Origin: Promethearchaeota archaeon
GTDB taxonomy: Archaea; Asgardarchaeota; Hermodarchaeia; Hermodarchaeales; Hermodarchaeaceae
Assembly: GCA_048938385.1 (NCBI GenBank)
Contig: JBHLMG010000009.1
Span: 6,620-70,619, forward strand
Direction of reading: 5' to 3'
DNA length: 64,000 nt
Position 1 is the stretch's first letter; every line of letters begins with the position of its first letter. The position numbers and the translations under genes were made by a program. The notes below the pieces were generated by a model, which made no database searches, was not told the origin of the DNA, and was given only the letters and a program-made list of their open reading frames with translations. Of this stretch, positions 38,441 through 46,193 are shown piece after piece.

Positions 38441-38827
38441 GTGGTGTTTTGCCCTCTGGCAGGCGGCCCCTGTCAAGGTCGCTCGAACTGTCGATTGTGG
38501 GTTCGTGGACGCATCCTCAATACCGATTCAAAACTCCTCGCTGCCCAACTTGCCCGTTTTCTTGTGCAAGAAAAAACAATACTTGCACAATCCAATCCCA
38601 AAAACTCAGAATTCACCCACGCTTTTTGGCAATCGCAGGGCCTTGCAGATATTCATCGGGAAGTGATCATTGATCGATATTTGGCAGAGAAGGTTCGCGA
38701 AGTTGAAGACTTAGCTAATCGATGGGCAAAAAGCCCAGGGTTTCTCAAAACTTTGGTTGCTAATAAAACAAAAAGCACTAAGGAATCGCCTGGGCTCCGT
38801 AAACAACGCTGCAAGTCCCCTCCATAG
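38441..38827 (+). CDS. Hypothetical small protein with an N-terminal Cx6Cx5C motif
   Basis: CPLAGGPCQGRSNC is followed by helical sequence. Three overlapping frames are open here, and this one is the longest and looks least like low-complexity sequence. Its end overlaps the 3' end of hypD by 50 nt. Confidence 0.3.
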   Translation: MVFCPLAGGPCQGRSNCRLWVRGRILNTDSKLLAAQLARFLVQEKTILAQSNPKNSEFTHAFWQSQGLADIHREVIIDRYLAEKVREVEDLANRWAKSPGFLKTLVANKTKSTKESPGLRKQRCKSPP

Positions 38828-39908
38828 ACACCATACAAGGACCAATTGGGTTGTCTGGTGTACACTTCGATCCAAACAGTGGACACTCTGTGGGGCGAAG
38901 GATACCCCGAAGGACCTCACCACACTTGCATCCTGGGGGCATTTCATATTTTTGGGATTCTACATTGATATCAAAGCGTTTGCGTGCATCAAAGTCTTTG
39001 TATTTCGGACGAAGGGCTAAACCGGACTTAGGAATGAGTCCAATTCCACGCCATCTAGCATCCACCGGTTCAAAGACTTGGTTAATCATTTTTCGTGCAC
39101 GCACATTTCCCTCATAGGTCACTGCCCGTGTATACTCGTTTTCTACTTCACCTCGTCCCTCTACTGATTGCCTCAAGAGCATCACTAACCCCAGCATCAC
39201 ATCCAATGGCTCAAACCCTGCCACAACCTGAGGGACCTTCCACCGTTTAGAAATCGGTACATATGCCTGCACTCCAATGATCACACTAACATGCCCGGGA
39301 AGTAAGAAACCATCAATTCCCACTTCGCCCTGCTCGAGTAGAAAAATTTCTGCCGGTGGAATGAGTCGATGGCTAACGAGCACTGAGAAATTCTTAGGTG
39401 GATCGCCAAGGATTTCAGCAGCAGTCGGAGGTGTCGTTGTTTCAAAACCAATAGCAAAATGTACCACTTCTTTATCGCGGTTCTCCCGAGCAGTGATGAT
39501 AGCATCCATCATGCTATACACCACTTGTACATTTGCGCCCTTACTTCGTGCTGCGTTTAGAGAACCCAAATCACCTGCAGGAACTCGCATCATATCACCA
39601 AAGGTAGTTAACAAAGCATTGGGTTGATTGGCAATCTCAATGGCAAAGGCTACATCTTCGGGAGGGCAAATACAGACAGGACATCCAGGACCCGCGAGCA
39701 ACTCAACATTCGTAGGTAATAGATCGCGTAGCCCAGCATGAGTAATAGTGTATTCATGTGTACCACAAAGATGCATCCACTTGTAATTGCGGTCACCTGC
39801 TAATTCTCGAATTCTTTGCGCGGCTTGCTGGGCAAGCTTTGGGTCCCGAAACCCCTTTTGCACTTCGAGGGGATCCATATTTGCAAAACTTCCTGTCATC
39901 CTTGGCAC
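38778..39908 (-). CDS. hypD: [NiFe]-hydrogenase maturation factor HypD
   Basis: HLCGTHE, GPGCPVCICP, FETTTP, PGHVS and the C-terminal CKCGEVL...CPLFG...C motifs are present. Confidence 0.9.
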   Translation of the reverse strand: MPRMTGSFANMDPLEVQKGFRDPKLAQQAAQRIRELAGDRNYKWMHLCGTHEYTITHAGLRDLLPTNVELLAGPGCPVCICPPEDVAFAIEIANQPNALLTTFGDMMRVPAGDLGSLNAARSKGANVQVVYSMMDAIITARENRDKEVVHFAIGFETTTPPTAAEILGDPPKNFSVLVSHRLIPPAEIFLLEQGEVGIDGFLLPGHVSVIIGVQAYVPISKRWKVPQVVAGFEPLDVMLGLVMLLRQSVEGRGEVENEYTRAVTYEGNVRARKMINQVFEPVDARWRGIGLIPKSGLALRPKYKDFDARKRFDINVESQKYEMPPGCKCGEVLRGILRPTECPLFGSKCTPDNPIGPCMVSMEGTCSVVYGAQAIP

Positions 39909-40053
39909 CTCGTAACTAACTTCAACACAGGTCCCATACTTCCTGTCGTATGGGATACCTAATACTTCTTTCGCAGTTCCATCTTTTCTCTACATTTGTC
40001 TTTCCCGAACAGCTAAAAACTCTAATCAATTCAGAGCTGTCCGAGGGTCTAAA

Positions 40054-40506
40054 ATGAGTGATGAAACTGTTGAACGCCATGAGTTTCATGTAGGAATCAC
40101 CTGGACAGGGGGCAAGGAAGGCATTATAACCCTTTCAGGAAAACCTCCGCTACCTCTAACATCGCCGGTTTATTGGGAAGGAAAACCTGACGCTTATTCT
40201 CCCCATGACCTATTCATATCTGCAGTATCAGGCTGTTATATCACAACCTTCGCCAGTATGATGCAGCGAATGAAACAGCCACTACAAACTCATGAAGTCT
40301 CAGGTCATGGAACGCTTCAAAAGCATCCAAAAGGAGGATGGCTGTTCACAGATATCTACATCACAATGGAGATCACCATACCCAAGGATGCAACACTGTC
40401 ACAAGTGGAACGCGCTGTCGAGCTAACAAAGAAGTATTGTCATATTTCTCGCTCCATTGCCAGCAAGGTTCATGTCAAGGCAACTATCCATCAGCTGGAC
40501 GAGTAA
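40054..40506 (+). CDS. OsmC/Ohr-family protein
   Basis: SPHDLFISAVSGCYITTF and KKYCHISRS give the two conserved Cys contexts of the OsmC family. Confidence 0.75.
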   Translation: MSDETVERHEFHVGITWTGGKEGIITLSGKPPLPLTSPVYWEGKPDAYSPHDLFISAVSGCYITTFASMMQRMKQPLQTHEVSGHGTLQKHPKGGWLFTDIYITMEITIPKDATLSQVERAVELTKKYCHISRSIASKVHVKATIHQLDE

Positions 40507-40590
40507 GTCAACACAGACGGTCCACAGTCCAATTAGGATGGCAAGTTTAAGTAGGCAGACACCCTTTTTTCCTGTAAATTCGTCATCCTA

Positions 40591-41637
40591 ATGGTGATTC
40601 AGTTGAATAAGGAAAAGCTTGGATTCGAACACTTGGAAGCCAATGTGATCGAAGCCAACAAATGTTGTAGCTGTGGAGGGTGTGAAGCTGCCTGTCCCAT
40701 CGATGCAATTGAACTACAAGCCCTCCGTCCAACACTTGTCAAGGATTGTACTAAATGTGAGTTTTGTTGGAAATCCTGTCCTCGAATGATACATGATTAT
40801 TCACCTCTTTACACACAAGTCTTTGGGGAAGATACCCACCGTGATCCCGTATTGGGCGTATACCGTCAAGCCTATGCCTTGCGCAATGTCGATGAATCGA
40901 TACGAAAACGAGCTCAGGATGGTGGAGTTGTGACGGCAATTCTCCTCCATCTACTCAAAACTGGTGGTATCGAAGGAGCGGTTATCTCGGGCATTGATCC
41001 CGATAATCCCTGGAGACCCAAACCGATGGTCGCAACGACTCAGGAGGCAATCGTTTCTGCTACCAAGTCTCGATATACTCGCTCACCAAACCTTATTGCC
41101 TTAAAGGAAGCGTTGAAGGAACGGAAGCTTAGCCAGATAGCCGTTGTTGGAACCCCTTGCCATATCCAAGCCATTCAACGAATGCGCCTTGCACCTTTGA
41201 AAAAAATCGATCGTTCTGTTGTGATGACGATCGGGCTCTTTTGTAGTGAGACCTTCAAGTTCAAAGAACTCATGGAAGACAAGATAGCAAACGAACTCGG
41301 TGTTCCTTTAGCTAATCTGCGTAAGCTCGATATTAAGGGAAAGCTACTCATCTATCCCCAAGGTGCCAAAGATGCTTTACAGATTCCTTTAAGCGAAGCT
41401 CAAGAATGGATTGATCCTGGTTGCCATGGTTGCAAGGATTTCGCCTCTGACTTCGCTGATATATCTGTAGGTGGTGCCGGTACTCCAAGAAAATGGTCTT
41501 CTGTTCTAGTACGAACCGAACGAGGTCAAGCAGTCATTGATGGAATGATTGAGGCAGGGTTGTTCCTGCACGAAGCACTAACGAATGAAGGGCTTAACCA
41601 GTTACGCAAGATTGCTGCATCCAAAATCAGAAAATAA
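40591..41637 (+). CDS. FrhB/FdhB-family F420-binding protein with an N-terminal 2x[4Fe-4S] domain (FpoF/FqoF-like architecture)
   Basis: CCSCGGCEAACP and CTKCEFCWKSCP are cluster motifs. They are followed by AQDGGVVTAILLHLL...VGTPCHIQA...GLFCSE...C..C.DF.....DISVG. Confidence 0.8.
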   Translation: MVIQLNKEKLGFEHLEANVIEANKCCSCGGCEAACPIDAIELQALRPTLVKDCTKCEFCWKSCPRMIHDYSPLYTQVFGEDTHRDPVLGVYRQAYALRNVDESIRKRAQDGGVVTAILLHLLKTGGIEGAVISGIDPDNPWRPKPMVATTQEAIVSATKSRYTRSPNLIALKEALKERKLSQIAVVGTPCHIQAIQRMRLAPLKKIDRSVVMTIGLFCSETFKFKELMEDKIANELGVPLANLRKLDIKGKLLIYPQGAKDALQIPLSEAQEWIDPGCHGCKDFASDFADISVGGAGTPRKWSSVLVRTERGQAVIDGMIEAGLFLHEALTNEGLNQLRKIAASKIRK

Positions 41638-41754
41638 CCCTTCTAAAGGCGATTAAATTGACAGCACCTTCGAAAGTAAACACTTTTGTCAGTAGAATAC
41701 GCCAGAACTTGTTACATCCAACTTTCACTGTAATAATCTGATGGTGGTTATGAC

Positions 41755-42594
41755 ATGAGTGCAACTCCCTTTCTCCTCGGCGTATTAAAACTTGGTAACA
41801 TTGGAACCTCGCCGTTATTGGAACTGTTATTCGATGAACGCGCTGAACGCGAAAACTTCAATGCTGTTGTAATTGGTTCGGGTGCTAAAATGAATGAAGA
41901 AGTCGCAGAAGACAGAGCCAAACTTCTAATCGAACAAAAACCTCATCTCGTACTGATTCCAAGCCCTAACGCGGCATTGAAGGGCCCGACCAAAGCCAGA
42001 GAATTGGTTAAGGAAGCTGGCATACCCGTTATCCTACTATCTGATCTTCTACCCAAGGACCAACGAGAAACACTCGCAGAAGAAGGCTATGGCTATATAC
42101 TCATCCCTGCAGATTCCATGATCGGAGCACGGCGTGAGTTTTTAGACCCTTCCGAAATGGCGATCTTCAATGCGCATGTTATTCAGGTCTTAGCTTCTAC
42201 CGGAGCGTTACGAGCGGCCCAACTCGCACTCGATGAGGTCATTGCCAACATAACCGCTGGACAATCAGCCCCTCTTCCTACGCTAGTTGTAAACGCTTCT
42301 CGTGCAGTAGCGGCAGGGAATTTCTCGAATCCGTATGCACGGGTAAAAGCGATGGCAGCATACGAAATGGCTGCTGCTGTTGCTGAGATTTCAGTTAAGG
42401 GCTGTTTTAGACAGAAGGAACGCGAAGAATACATTCCTACAGTGGCTAGTGCCCACGAAATGATGCGAAGTGCTGCCTTACTCGCAGATGAGGCACGCGA
42501 ACTCGAAAAATCCGGAGACACTCTTTACCGGACGCCCCACTTTGATAACGGCACAGTAGGATCCAAAACTAAACTGGGTGAAAAACCTGCCTAA
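41755..42594 (+). CDS. mtd: F420-dependent methylene-tetrahydromethanopterin dehydrogenase
   Basis: The N-terminus LGVLKLGNIGTSPLLELLFDERAERENFNAVVIGSGAKMNEE closely matches the conserved Mtd N-terminus (KCGNIGTSP..DLLLDERADR...V.GSGAKM). Confidence 0.85.
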   Translation: MSATPFLLGVLKLGNIGTSPLLELLFDERAERENFNAVVIGSGAKMNEEVAEDRAKLLIEQKPHLVLIPSPNAALKGPTKARELVKEAGIPVILLSDLLPKDQRETLAEEGYGYILIPADSMIGARREFLDPSEMAIFNAHVIQVLASTGALRAAQLALDEVIANITAGQSAPLPTLVVNASRAVAAGNFSNPYARVKAMAAYEMAAAVAEISVKGCFRQKEREEYIPTVASAHEMMRSAALLADEARELEKSGDTLYRTPHFDNGTVGSKTKLGEKPA

Positions 42595-42688
42595 TTGAAG
42601 TAAAGGAATACTGCCCTTTACTTTGTCAACGAAGGTGCTACCACTCCCTCACTGCGAATTCTAAGTATAGTCAGAACAAGGTGTTTCC

Positions 42689-43186
42689 CTACTCTTCCTT
42701 CTTATCAAGACGAGGAGATTCCCAGTCCTTTCGGAGTGGATAGACATCCTTTGGCCAATCTTCAGGCAGAATCAACCGCTTTAGGTTTGGATGATCCTTA
42801 AACTTCACGCCTAGTAAGTCATGAACCTCGCGTTCGTAGAGAGTTGCACCTGGAATTAGAGGTGTGATTGAATCCACATCAGGATGCGATGTCGGAACTT
42901 GAATGTGAAGGCTCACCGAAACCGCTTTGACTTCGAAATGGTAAATTACGGCGAGTTCACCGCGTAGGTCCATCCCAGTAATGCTTGAAAGGTGAGTCAA
43001 CCCCCATTCCTGTTTCATCCAATCCACGGCCTTACGAACCGCTTCGGCTTTGACGGTAACATAGATGCTGTGTTCGCGTAGAAATTCTGCAGAGATGAAA
43101 TCACTACCCAGGGCTTTTTCGATTTCAGTCATCATTTTTGCTTCTTTCGGGGTCGGTTTCCTTGCAGGTTTTTCTTCACTTGCCAT
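42689..43186 (-). CDS. NuoC / MbhK-type 30-kDa subunit of a complex-I/group-4-hydrogenase-like complex
   Basis: The conserved core is LSSITGMDL...VIYHF...SITPLIPGATLYEREVHDLLGVKFKDHPNLKRLILPEDWP...YPLRKD. Confidence 0.8.
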   Translation of the reverse strand: MASEEKPARKPTPKEAKMMTEIEKALGSDFISAEFLREHSIYVTVKAEAVRKAVDWMKQEWGLTHLSSITGMDLRGELAVIYHFEVKAVSVSLHIQVPTSHPDVDSITPLIPGATLYEREVHDLLGVKFKDHPNLKRLILPEDWPKDVYPLRKDWESPRLDKKEE

Positions 43187-43208
43187 TTTCTTTCACTCCA
43201 TTCACTCA

Positions 43209-43643
43209 CTATCCACCCTTGAGCTTTCCAAGGAGTGCTGCTACACCGTAAATAATGGCTTCAGGTTTTGGAGGACATCCCGGAATCCAAGCGTCCACTG
43301 GAATTACACCATCCAGTCCACCTGTCACATTATAGCATTGTCGGAACACGCCACCAGACATGGTACAGGCGCCGATGCCCACCACAAATTTCGGTTCAGG
43401 CGTTTGATTGTAAATCCGTAAAAACCGTTCAGCAACCTGTTTGGTAATTGGTCCGCTACAAAGTAAGACATCTGCGTGACGCGGGCTACCTTTTAAGAGG
43501 ACACCAAATCTTTCAAGGTCATATCGTGGAGTTAACGCATCAAGGATCTCAATGTCGCAGCCATTGCATCCACCTGAGTTTAGATGGAGTACCCATGGTG
43601 ACTTGATGCGTGCCCAAGTAACAAGTTTTGATAAGACACCCAT
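43209..43643 (-). CDS. NuoB-family small subunit of the group-4 [NiFe]-hydrogenase type (MbhJ/EchC/HycG-like)
   Basis: SPWVLHLNSGGCNGCDIEILDALTPRYDLERFG...SPRHADVLLCSGP...GACTMSGG...PVDAWIPGCPPKPEA. The CNGC(D/E)IE motif is typical of group-4 hydrogenase small subunits, whereas true NuoB/FpoB carry CC(A/G)xE. The start is set at the ATG at 43643. Confidence 0.85.
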   Translation of the reverse strand: MGVLSKLVTWARIKSPWVLHLNSGGCNGCDIEILDALTPRYDLERFGVLLKGSPRHADVLLCSGPITKQVAERFLRIYNQTPEPKFVVGIGACTMSGGVFRQCYNVTGGLDGVIPVDAWIPGCPPKPEAIIYGVAALLGKLKGG

Positions 43644-43787
43644 TATGATAGCCTCCAATCTGGGCGTTGCTAACCTAAACCTATGCCTCGTCTTAAAACC
43701 CTTTGGGTGTTTTGGAATGCTAAATCGAAATCCTTTGAATGTATTGCTCAAGTATTAGTACGAAAGATGCCTTCGGGGCTGGCATGT

Positions 43788-44120
43788 TTATTTCCGAAGG
43801 ATTAGGATTGCAATGAATGCGACAAGAAGATAGATGATGGGAACCCATCCAAGGACGCCCATTGATGTGGCGAGGATGAACGCGATGATGTCAAAGATTG
43901 TAAAGTACACAGCATAGCGGAGAAGCTGTGTGTGGAATTGTGCCTTTATAGCGGGTAAGTCTTCTCCACAAGCGTAAGTTGTGGTCTTTTCTTTGGTGGG
44001 GTTGCTTGGGGCAAGTCTTCGTCCAATCCAGTAAAGTAACAGGACAATTATGAGCATTATACCAAAGGCTAACAAGAAGTTGAGGAAATTTGAAAAGGTG
44101 TTAGACCAGGCAAATTGCAA
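43788..44120 (-). CDS. NuoA-like membrane subunit
   Basis: Three TM helices are present. KTTTYACGEDLP...AVYFTIFDIIAF resembles the NuoA K..YECG....FDVE region, but the Glu of FDVE is not conserved. Confidence 0.6.
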   Translation of the reverse strand: MQFAWSNTFSNFLNFLLAFGIMLIIVLLLYWIGRRLAPSNPTKEKTTTYACGEDLPAIKAQFHTQLLRYAVYFTIFDIIAFILATSMGVLGWVPIIYLLVAFIAILILRK

Positions 44121-44170
44121 TCTCCGTCACCACGATAATGGCTTGTTAGAAGTCAAAGGGTTCTAGATTG

Positions 44171-44177
44171 TATAAAA
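44171..44177 (-). promoter_or_regulatory. Candidate TATA box for the A-B-C transcription unit
   Basis: The minus strand reads gccttttatac, 51-57 nt upstream of the ATG at 44120. Confidence 0.25.
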
Positions 44178-44288
44178 GGCTTGCTCCCACTGGAAATTTC
44201 TGTTAAAGATAAAACTGAAGGTCTTCTCAATAAATGGGTTAAGGTCGGGTAAAGGGGGCTTCTGCTGCAAGTATTTTGTAATATCGTG

Positions 44289-44456
44289 CTAATCGGAAAT
44301 TTCGATGCGGATTTTCTCAGAGCCTTTCAGTTTTGGTGCGCGGAGCGTGGAGACTATGGCAAAGACCACTTTTTGAATAAGTGTATCAGTGTATTCGTTT
44401 AATCCAATCTCTCGGTCGAAAACGACCAGAGTTGTCTTCTTCTCATCTGGAGTCAT
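44289..44456 (-). CDS. Possible 55-aa ORF translationally coupled to mobB
   Basis: Own translation: MTPDEKKTTLVVFDREIGLNEYTDTLIQKVVFAIVSTLRAPKLKGSEKIRIEISD. Its ATG overlaps the mobB TGA (ATGA). It is below the ORF-track size cut-off. Confidence 0.25.
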   Translation of the reverse strand: MTPDEKKTTLVVFDREIGLNEYTDTLIQKVVFAIVSTLRAPKLKGSEKIRIEISD

Positions 44457-45004
44457 GCAGATTCACCTAACTTTATTCTTGGGGCAGTTGGAAGCCACTT
44501 ATCGATGGCTTCTAGGAGAAAAGGTAACTCATTTGGAATATGTACGGCTGCTTCGATATTAGGGTCTAGGGAACATTGACCGAGTATTGGTCCTGTAGTT
44601 GTAGTTTGGAACTTCGCTATTTCTTCTGATGACCGGACGCAAATAATCTTGGCAATTTTTGGATGCGTTTGGGTCCAAAAACGGAACCCCTCAAGGACAA
44701 TCACATCAGCTGAAACTACATGAGTTCCGCGTCGTAAGAGGTCAACTGGATCAACGATGGGTCGTTGAAAAAGTAGGGTTGTTGATGATTCGCTTTGAAG
44801 AAATGTCGCTGAAGCACCAGCTTCGAGATGTCGATATGAATCAGTGCCGGGGGTATCAAGGGAAAATTGTGGGTCACCTACATGTTTTGCACTGAGGATG
44901 CCTAGGTTCTGCTGCGAAAGGTGAGTAATGATGTGGGCAGTGACTGTAGTCTTACCCGAGTCCTTGTATCCAATTACCGAGAGTATCGGAGGGAATGAAA
45001 CGAT
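44453..45004 (-). CDS. mobB: MobB-like P-loop protein (molybdopterin-guanine dinucleotide biosynthesis adaptor family) with no canonical start codon
   Basis: Own translation upstream of the 83-aa track ORF, in the same frame: (I)VSFPPILSVIGYKDSGKTTVTAHIITHLSQQNLGILSAKHVGD...GTDSYRHLEAGA...VLEGF. The Walker A motif GYKDSGKT and overall layout fit MobB. The frame is closed by TAG at 45017-45019, and between that stop and the P-loop there is no ATG, GTG or TTG. ATC (45004) or CTG (45010) follow a gggagga Shine-Dalgarno-like site. Confidence 0.55.
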   Translation of the reverse strand: MVSFPPILSVIGYKDSGKTTVTAHIITHLSQQNLGILSAKHVGDPQFSLDTPGTDSYRHLEAGASATFLQSESSTTLLFQRPIVDPVDLLRRGTHVVSADVIVLEGFRFWTQTHPKIAKIICVRSSEEIAKFQTTTTGPILGQCSLDPNIEAAVHIPNELPFLLEAIDKWLPTAPRIKLGESA

Positions 45005-45118
45005 AAGCAGTCCTCCCTAAAGACGAGTTACCTTCAGAAGTGAAAAGGTAACCCTGAGTATTAAACTTTTCAACATCTTGAGCACCAAAACAACGCTTTT
45101 CCGGTTGGATGAGAAAAA

Positions 45119-45553
45119 ATGAAACAGGTAGTCACACTTTTAAGCAGAATGGACAGAAAAGCGGGTCTAAGGTACTCAAGTCACCGTGACGAGGGTCCAA
45201 CGATGTCGTTATCGCGTACTGTGGTCGTTGGTCTACTTGCTATTATAGCAGTAGCCATTGTTTTGTTTATTCTGATGCTCGCTGGGTTTATCCAGTTCGC
45301 TACTTATGGTTTATTATTCATTACGGTGATCTTTGCCATCCTCGCCATTGAAGACAAAGACCTCTTACACGCTGCACTCTACCTCGCAGGCTCTGCCATT
45401 GCCCTGGCTCTAATATACTTGGTTCTGTTCGCACCTTGGGTCGCTTTCTTCCAACTAGCGATATACGCGGGCGCAGTCACCATTATCCTGGTTTCGGCTG
45501 TAGCGTTAACGGCGCGTCGTGGGACTGGTGAAGTTGAGGAGGATGCGTCATGA
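45119..45553 (+). CDS. NuoJ-like membrane subunit
   Basis: DLLHAALYLAGSAIALALIYLVLFAPWVAFFQLAIYAGAVTIIL resembles the NuoJ Q..VY.GA core. An alternative start is the ATG at 45203 (MSLSRTVVV...). Confidence 0.55.
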   Translation: MKQVVTLLSRMDRKAGLRYSSHRDEGPTMSLSRTVVVGLLAIIAVAIVLFILMLAGFIQFATYGLLFITVIFAILAIEDKDLLHAALYLAGSAIALALIYLVLFAPWVAFFQLAIYAGAVTIILVSAVALTARRGTGEVEEDAS

Positions 45554-45831
45554 AAATTAAAGTGGTTGGCCTGTTTCTCACAATTGTACTTGCCGTGTTC
45601 ATGGTTGTGTTTATTAGTTTTGGATTTGGGGATTGGTTACTTGCCTCACCAGACCCTGCGACAGTGGCAACGCGGTTCATATTACCAGAGAATATCATTG
45701 TGCTAATCCAGAGCTTAAGTAACATGTTATGGCATTACCGTGGCATCGACATGGTGCTACAGGGAGTGTTCTTGTTCGTCGCAGCACTTGCTGCGTCTGT
45801 CTTTTTCCATGGAGTGGTCAAGGAGGAGTAA
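45550..45831 (+). CDS. Small 2-3-TM subunit (MnhB / NuoJ-C-terminal-like)
   Basis: Its start overlaps the upstream stop by 4 nt. WHYRGIDMVLQGVFLFVAALAA resembles the YRG.DT.GE motif of MnhB/MbhE-type proteins. Confidence 0.45.
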   Translation: MKIKVVGLFLTIVLAVFMVVFISFGFGDWLLASPDPATVATRFILPENIIVLIQSLSNMLWHYRGIDMVLQGVFLFVAALAASVFFHGVVKEE

Positions 45832-45837
45832 GAGAAA

Positions 45838-46173
45838 ATGCAAGCGCTTGATACGATTGGTGTTCCACTTTCTGGGTTCCTTGCTGTCGCGGTCATCCTG
45901 TATGTCATTGGCATCTATGGGATGGCGACGAAACGTAATATGATCAAGTTCCTCATTTCACTGGAATTACTCCTTGATGGAGCGCATTTGAACTTCATCG
46001 TCTTTGCCACTATCTGGTCGGGTGGGTATATCGACCTGATGGTCCAAGCAATCGTCATCGCAAGTATTTGTATCGGCGGTGGAATCATCGCAATTGGGCT
46101 TGGATTCATCATTAGTGCTTACAATAAATTCGGAACGCTGGATGTCCGAAAACTCAACAAACTGCGTCATTAA
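45838..46173 (+). CDS. NuoK / MrpC-type subunit
   Basis: Three TM helices are present. KRNMIKFLISLELLLDGAHLNFIVFA contains the conserved membrane Glu context. Confidence 0.8.
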   Translation: MQALDTIGVPLSGFLAVAVILYVIGIYGMATKRNMIKFLISLELLLDGAHLNFIVFATIWSGGYIDLMVQAIVIASICIGGGIIAIGLGFIISAYNKFGTLDVRKLNKLRH

Positions 46174-46193
46174 CCCTGGGGTGAACGAGAAAA

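Noticed and set aside
38431-38673. Two further overlapping plus-strand ORFs (80 aa and 75 aa) in the aor-hypD gap.
   Set aside because: Three frames are open over the same ~240 nt. Only the 128-aa frame extends further and has a plausible Cys motif plus helical sequence. The other two look like frame shadows, and even the retained one is low confidence.
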